From Vicugna vicugna (Eukaryota): a stretch of 64,000 nt of DNA. Made by a program: the position numbers and the translations under genes. The notes beneath the pieces were generated by a model. That model saw nothing but the letters and a program-made list of their open reading frames with translations, was not told the DNA's origin and did not search any database. The stretch is from assembly GCA_013265495.1 (NCBI GenBank), contig MU062317.1, positions 744,001 through 808,000 of the forward strand, written 5' to 3'. This document shows positions 60,374 to 64,000 of this stretch, one piece after another; the first letter of the stretch is position 1, and each line of letters begins with the position of its first letter.

Positions 60374-62199
60374 CTAGGATGGAGAAACCAGAGAGAAGGA
60401 GTCAGCACTGTGGTCCTGGTGCTTGAACAGCCACCCTGCACACACCTAGCCAGCAGGCCGGTGACCCTGTTCACAGTGGAGGCCAGCCTGCTGGGCCCTC
60501 CACCTGCCTTCCAGTTGCTGGTCAGAAGTTCCCCTTTGGAACTTGACAGCATATGTGAGAAAGGGCTACAGTCCATTTTCCTTTGTTTTATCCAGATTTT
60601 GAATATTGATAAAGGGGGTGGAAGATGAGATTGGCGAGGATTAGCCCCAGAGTTTCCAAGCAGTGCATGTTCTCAGGAAGATATGAGGAGGAGTGGCTCC
60701 CTTCACCCTGAGTGGAGTCTGGGGTGGCTCCCTGTTCCTTCTGTTAGCGTATATGCAAGTAAGACACCCTTTGCTGCCTGGGGCGCAGGTAGAGTCAAGA
60801 GTGGATTTGGATGTTTACCAAAGTGGCTATGAACTCGGACAGAGGCCCCATGGGCCAGGTCAGCGGGCATGAGTCTCACGGGAGAGTGGACACCATCTGT
60901 ATGGGAGGTAGGGGGGAGCGTGTGCCTGCAGCAAGCTTGGTGCCAGCAGCTGTTGGGTGTCTGAGACGGGGGACACCCTTGAAGACAGAGAGGGGTGGAG
61001 TGGGGCTCACGGTAGAGTCTGCAACCTGCAGCAAGCTTGGAGGGCTCGGGGAGGTAAATTTGGAATGACCAGCCTTAATACTCCAAGCAGCATTGAAAAA
61101 TGACTGTTTGCATTGGAGGTGGTGGCCAAGATCTGGAAAACTCCAGCAACTTAGAAGGGCCGCAGCTGCATCCTAGGGGCCATCTAGGATGGATCCCAGG
61201 GACCAGGCTCTGAAAGCCAGGGAGGCTCTGGGAGAGGATGAGCCCTGCCTTGTCTGTGCCAGACCCTGCCTGGGAGCCCCAGCTCTCTCTGGAGACAAGG
61301 GACACAGCTCCTCTGGGCGGGGGTGCCAACTCCTCAAGTGAGCAGAGCTGGCACCAGAAACCCTGCGTCTTAAACCCGCACATGTCACACAGTGGGGTGC
61401 ATTTCTCTCTGGCCAATCCACTGCATAGCACGCTGACACATGATGTTTGGGTCTCTCTTTAGATAACATTAAACAAGGAGCTTCCAGGAGCCCAAAGGCT
61501 CAGCCACAGGACTGCCTGGGAGGCTAGAGGAGGGCCCAAGAAGATTCATCTGCCCTGGGAGATGCAGAACGGAGGCTTCTCCAGGCCACTCCCACCCGGG
61601 ATGCTCCAGCACTGCCCTCCTGTGGAGGACCTGGTGGCCACGAACCAGGTCAGGCTTCCCGGCAGTAGCTGGACGTGGTCTGGGCGCCCCAGAGACTGAG
61701 CTGGGTACCGGCTCGCCCTCCTCCCTTGACCCCACCCTTATCCTCGGGAAGCATCTGGAGGGCTGAGCCCCCATCTCTTGTCCGGCCCCTTACCGCCTCT
61801 CCCCAGGCTGAATCCAGTTGTGAACGCCCTCCCAAACCACCAGGCCAGATTAGCTTGAGAACACCACCAGTGTGCTCTCTAAAGGACAGCAGAGCCACGC
61901 TGCACCCCCAAATGCCCAGCTGAGCACGTGGACAAAGGGGCTGCTCTCAGCAGCAGAGAACGCACGTGCTCAGAGGTCCACGTGGAGGGTCCTTCTCCCT
62001 GTGCCCACGAGGAATTTCATTTGGCAATTATTCTCTGGCGCGTCGCTAAAATAATGAGGAGACCTTAAAACGGAGAAGAGAAACTACCATATTCACCGCT
62101 GTGATCAAATCAGCTGTGAAGATCCCACTTTTGCGTTATCTCATCTAAAAAATTACTCAGAGGCTGAATAATAGTTTAAAAACTTCAGACTCGAGCCAC

Positions 62200-63320
62200 T
62201 TATTTCAAAATCGGGCCCCGCTCTCCAACAAAGCCCGGATGAGCCCCTGAGCGTCCCGGGGCGGTGAGTCAGGGGTTATTAATACGCGGGGACAATTGCA
62301 CTTTCATCCGGCCGGTAAGCGAGCGCATCCAGCAAGTACCGGCTTAATGCGCCCGCGGGGCGCTGCGCCCCTGTGCGCAGGCTGGGGAGGGGCCCACGGC
62401 GGGAGCGGCAGCGGCTTCTCGAAGGCCCCGTTAGAGGGCAATGTGGGCCCGCCCGCAGCGCCCCCCGCGGCCGCGGCCGCGCCCCCGCCCCGCCAGGGCC
62501 CGGACGTGCGAGGCGGGCGGCGCGCTCCGACCTGGCCTCCGATCGGCGCGCGGCTCCCCGGCGGCCGCGGCCTCCCGGGCCGGGCTGCGGGGGCCGGCGC
62601 GGCCCGCCTCCCTCCTCCGCCTTCCCCTCCGACCCCCCATGAGGGCCACCGGGCCTCCCGGGACCCTCACCCCCGTTCTAGGGTCGCCGGATTCCCTTCC
62701 CCAACCCCCTCCGAGGGCCACCGGACCTCCCCCCACCCCAAGCCCGCCGCCCCGCACTGCGAGGCCGCCCGGTCCCGCCCCCACGCCACACCCCTCCGAG
62801 CTCCGAGGGCTGTGGGACCTCCTGGGACCCCTCCGCACGCCCCACCCCGCTCCGAGGGCTGCCGGACTCCGTCGTCCCGGGGTGCCGACCCTCCCCGCCG
62901 GCGCGGCCGCAGCCGCCGAGCCGCCGCGGCAGGGTCCAGCCCGGGCGCCTGGCCGGGGCGCGAGCGCGGGTCCCGAAGCGGGCCGGGCAGCCGGGGCCGC
63001 CTGGACTTTGAGCCGCGGATGGAATTAATCGCTATTAGCGCTAATCGCAGCTCCCGGGGCGGGGCGGGGTGTCCCCGACCTGCCTCCATCTGGAGGAGGG
63101 GGCTACAGGAGACAACGCAAACTTTTCCAAACTCAGCCGGTCCGCCTTTGCCAAGGGCACCGGGGGCCGCGGGCAGACCCCGGTACACACAAAAGCCGCG
63201 GGCGGTTTTTACGACCTGTTCCCAGTGGCACAAAGACCTTATCAGCCAGACGCACGCGTACAGAAAGACAGGGTTCCTGGTCTTCGGGGTCGGCTGACTT
63301 CCCGGGACAAAGGCCGGGCT
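62200..63320. promoter_or_regulatory. Intragenic CpG island in PRDM16 intron 4
   Basis: About 1.1 kb of very CpG-dense sequence ~2-3 kb upstream of exon 5, flanked by AT-rich motif-dense blocks. Confidence 0.8.
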
Positions 63321-64000
63321 TAGGTGGGACTGAGGCCTGGGCGGTCTCCTGGCTTCTAGGGCGTTACAAATTGCGCATTCACTGTACCGAGCCCGGGCCC
63401 CTTCTGTTCGCGGCCTGTAATAAATTATTACTGCAGCCCTTAAAAAATTCCTGAAGTCGGTTTATAATCTGCCTTTCACCGTGCGCCCCTCAGTGGGTCA
63501 TGTTCAGATCCCAGGGCCAAGCGAGCATCCAGGAAGGGTTGAGTCCTAAGGATTTTCACAAGAGGGGAGACAGAAGCCTGTCCTCAGGGAGGAAGAAACC
63601 CTGTCCTCTAAGGCCCTTTCGTTCCCAGGCTCAGCGCGGGAACCGACCGAGAAAGACCTGCTTTGTTTACAAGTCGGCATCTGCGTCTCCCAGGCCTGTT
63701 CCTGAAGGGCTGGCGTCCCCAGCACCGCTTAAACCTGTCCTGTTCAGGCCTTGGCTGGTGTGGCCTGGCACAGCAGAGCTGGAATTGTCTCTCTAGTTTC
63801 GCGATCTGAGAGCAGGCAGAGCCCCAGCACCAGCTGAGTTTACTAGCACAATAAATGTCTGCTCTAAACGGCTTTAAAAAGTAACAATGCCAAACAGACC
63901 CGGTCCCCGGTTAAGTCCCTGTTTTAGCATCTTGGTTCTTTCTGTAACGGCGATGACTTTACTGAACGTGGGCGGACGACACCAGCCGGGGGCCTCGGGG

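Overview
Mammalian genomic DNA, very GC-rich, with four N gaps. A tRNA-derived Vic-1-type SINE points to a camelid (alpaca/llama/camel). Two protein-coding genes lie in tandem on the minus strand. (1) The 3' part of PRDM16: exons 5-17 (numbering recalled from human), all mapped to GT-AG junctions with consistent phases, giving 3261 coding nt including the stop and 180 N inside exon 9, followed by a ~4.6 kb 3' UTR ending at an AATAAA at 23398-23403. (2) The 5' part of ARHGEF16 (Ephexin-4): CpG-island promoter and non-coding exon 1 (~11.5 kb), coding exon 2 and the 46-nt exon 3. The rest is introns and an ~11.7 kb intergenic spacer with L1, MIR, MaLR LTR and SINE relics, micro/minisatellites and an intragenic CpG island at ~62.2-63.3 kb. 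This is the known PRDM16-ARHGEF16 syntenic block; I see no evidence of a new gene system, and the long six-frame ORFs outside these exons look like GC-content artefacts. The observations most worth checking are regulatory: a ~26-bp tandem repeat carrying perfect NRF2/NF-E2-type elements in PRDM16 intron 8, the intron 4 CpG island with palindromic homeodomain/HNF4/CDX-type motifs, three splice choices in the 3' half of PRDM16, a miR-96/miR-133/Pumilio cluster in the 3' UTR, four stacked donors after ARHGEF16 exon 1, and an apparent AT-to-GC shift in L1 relics. All comparisons with human or with repeat consensus sequences are from memory, not from a database search.
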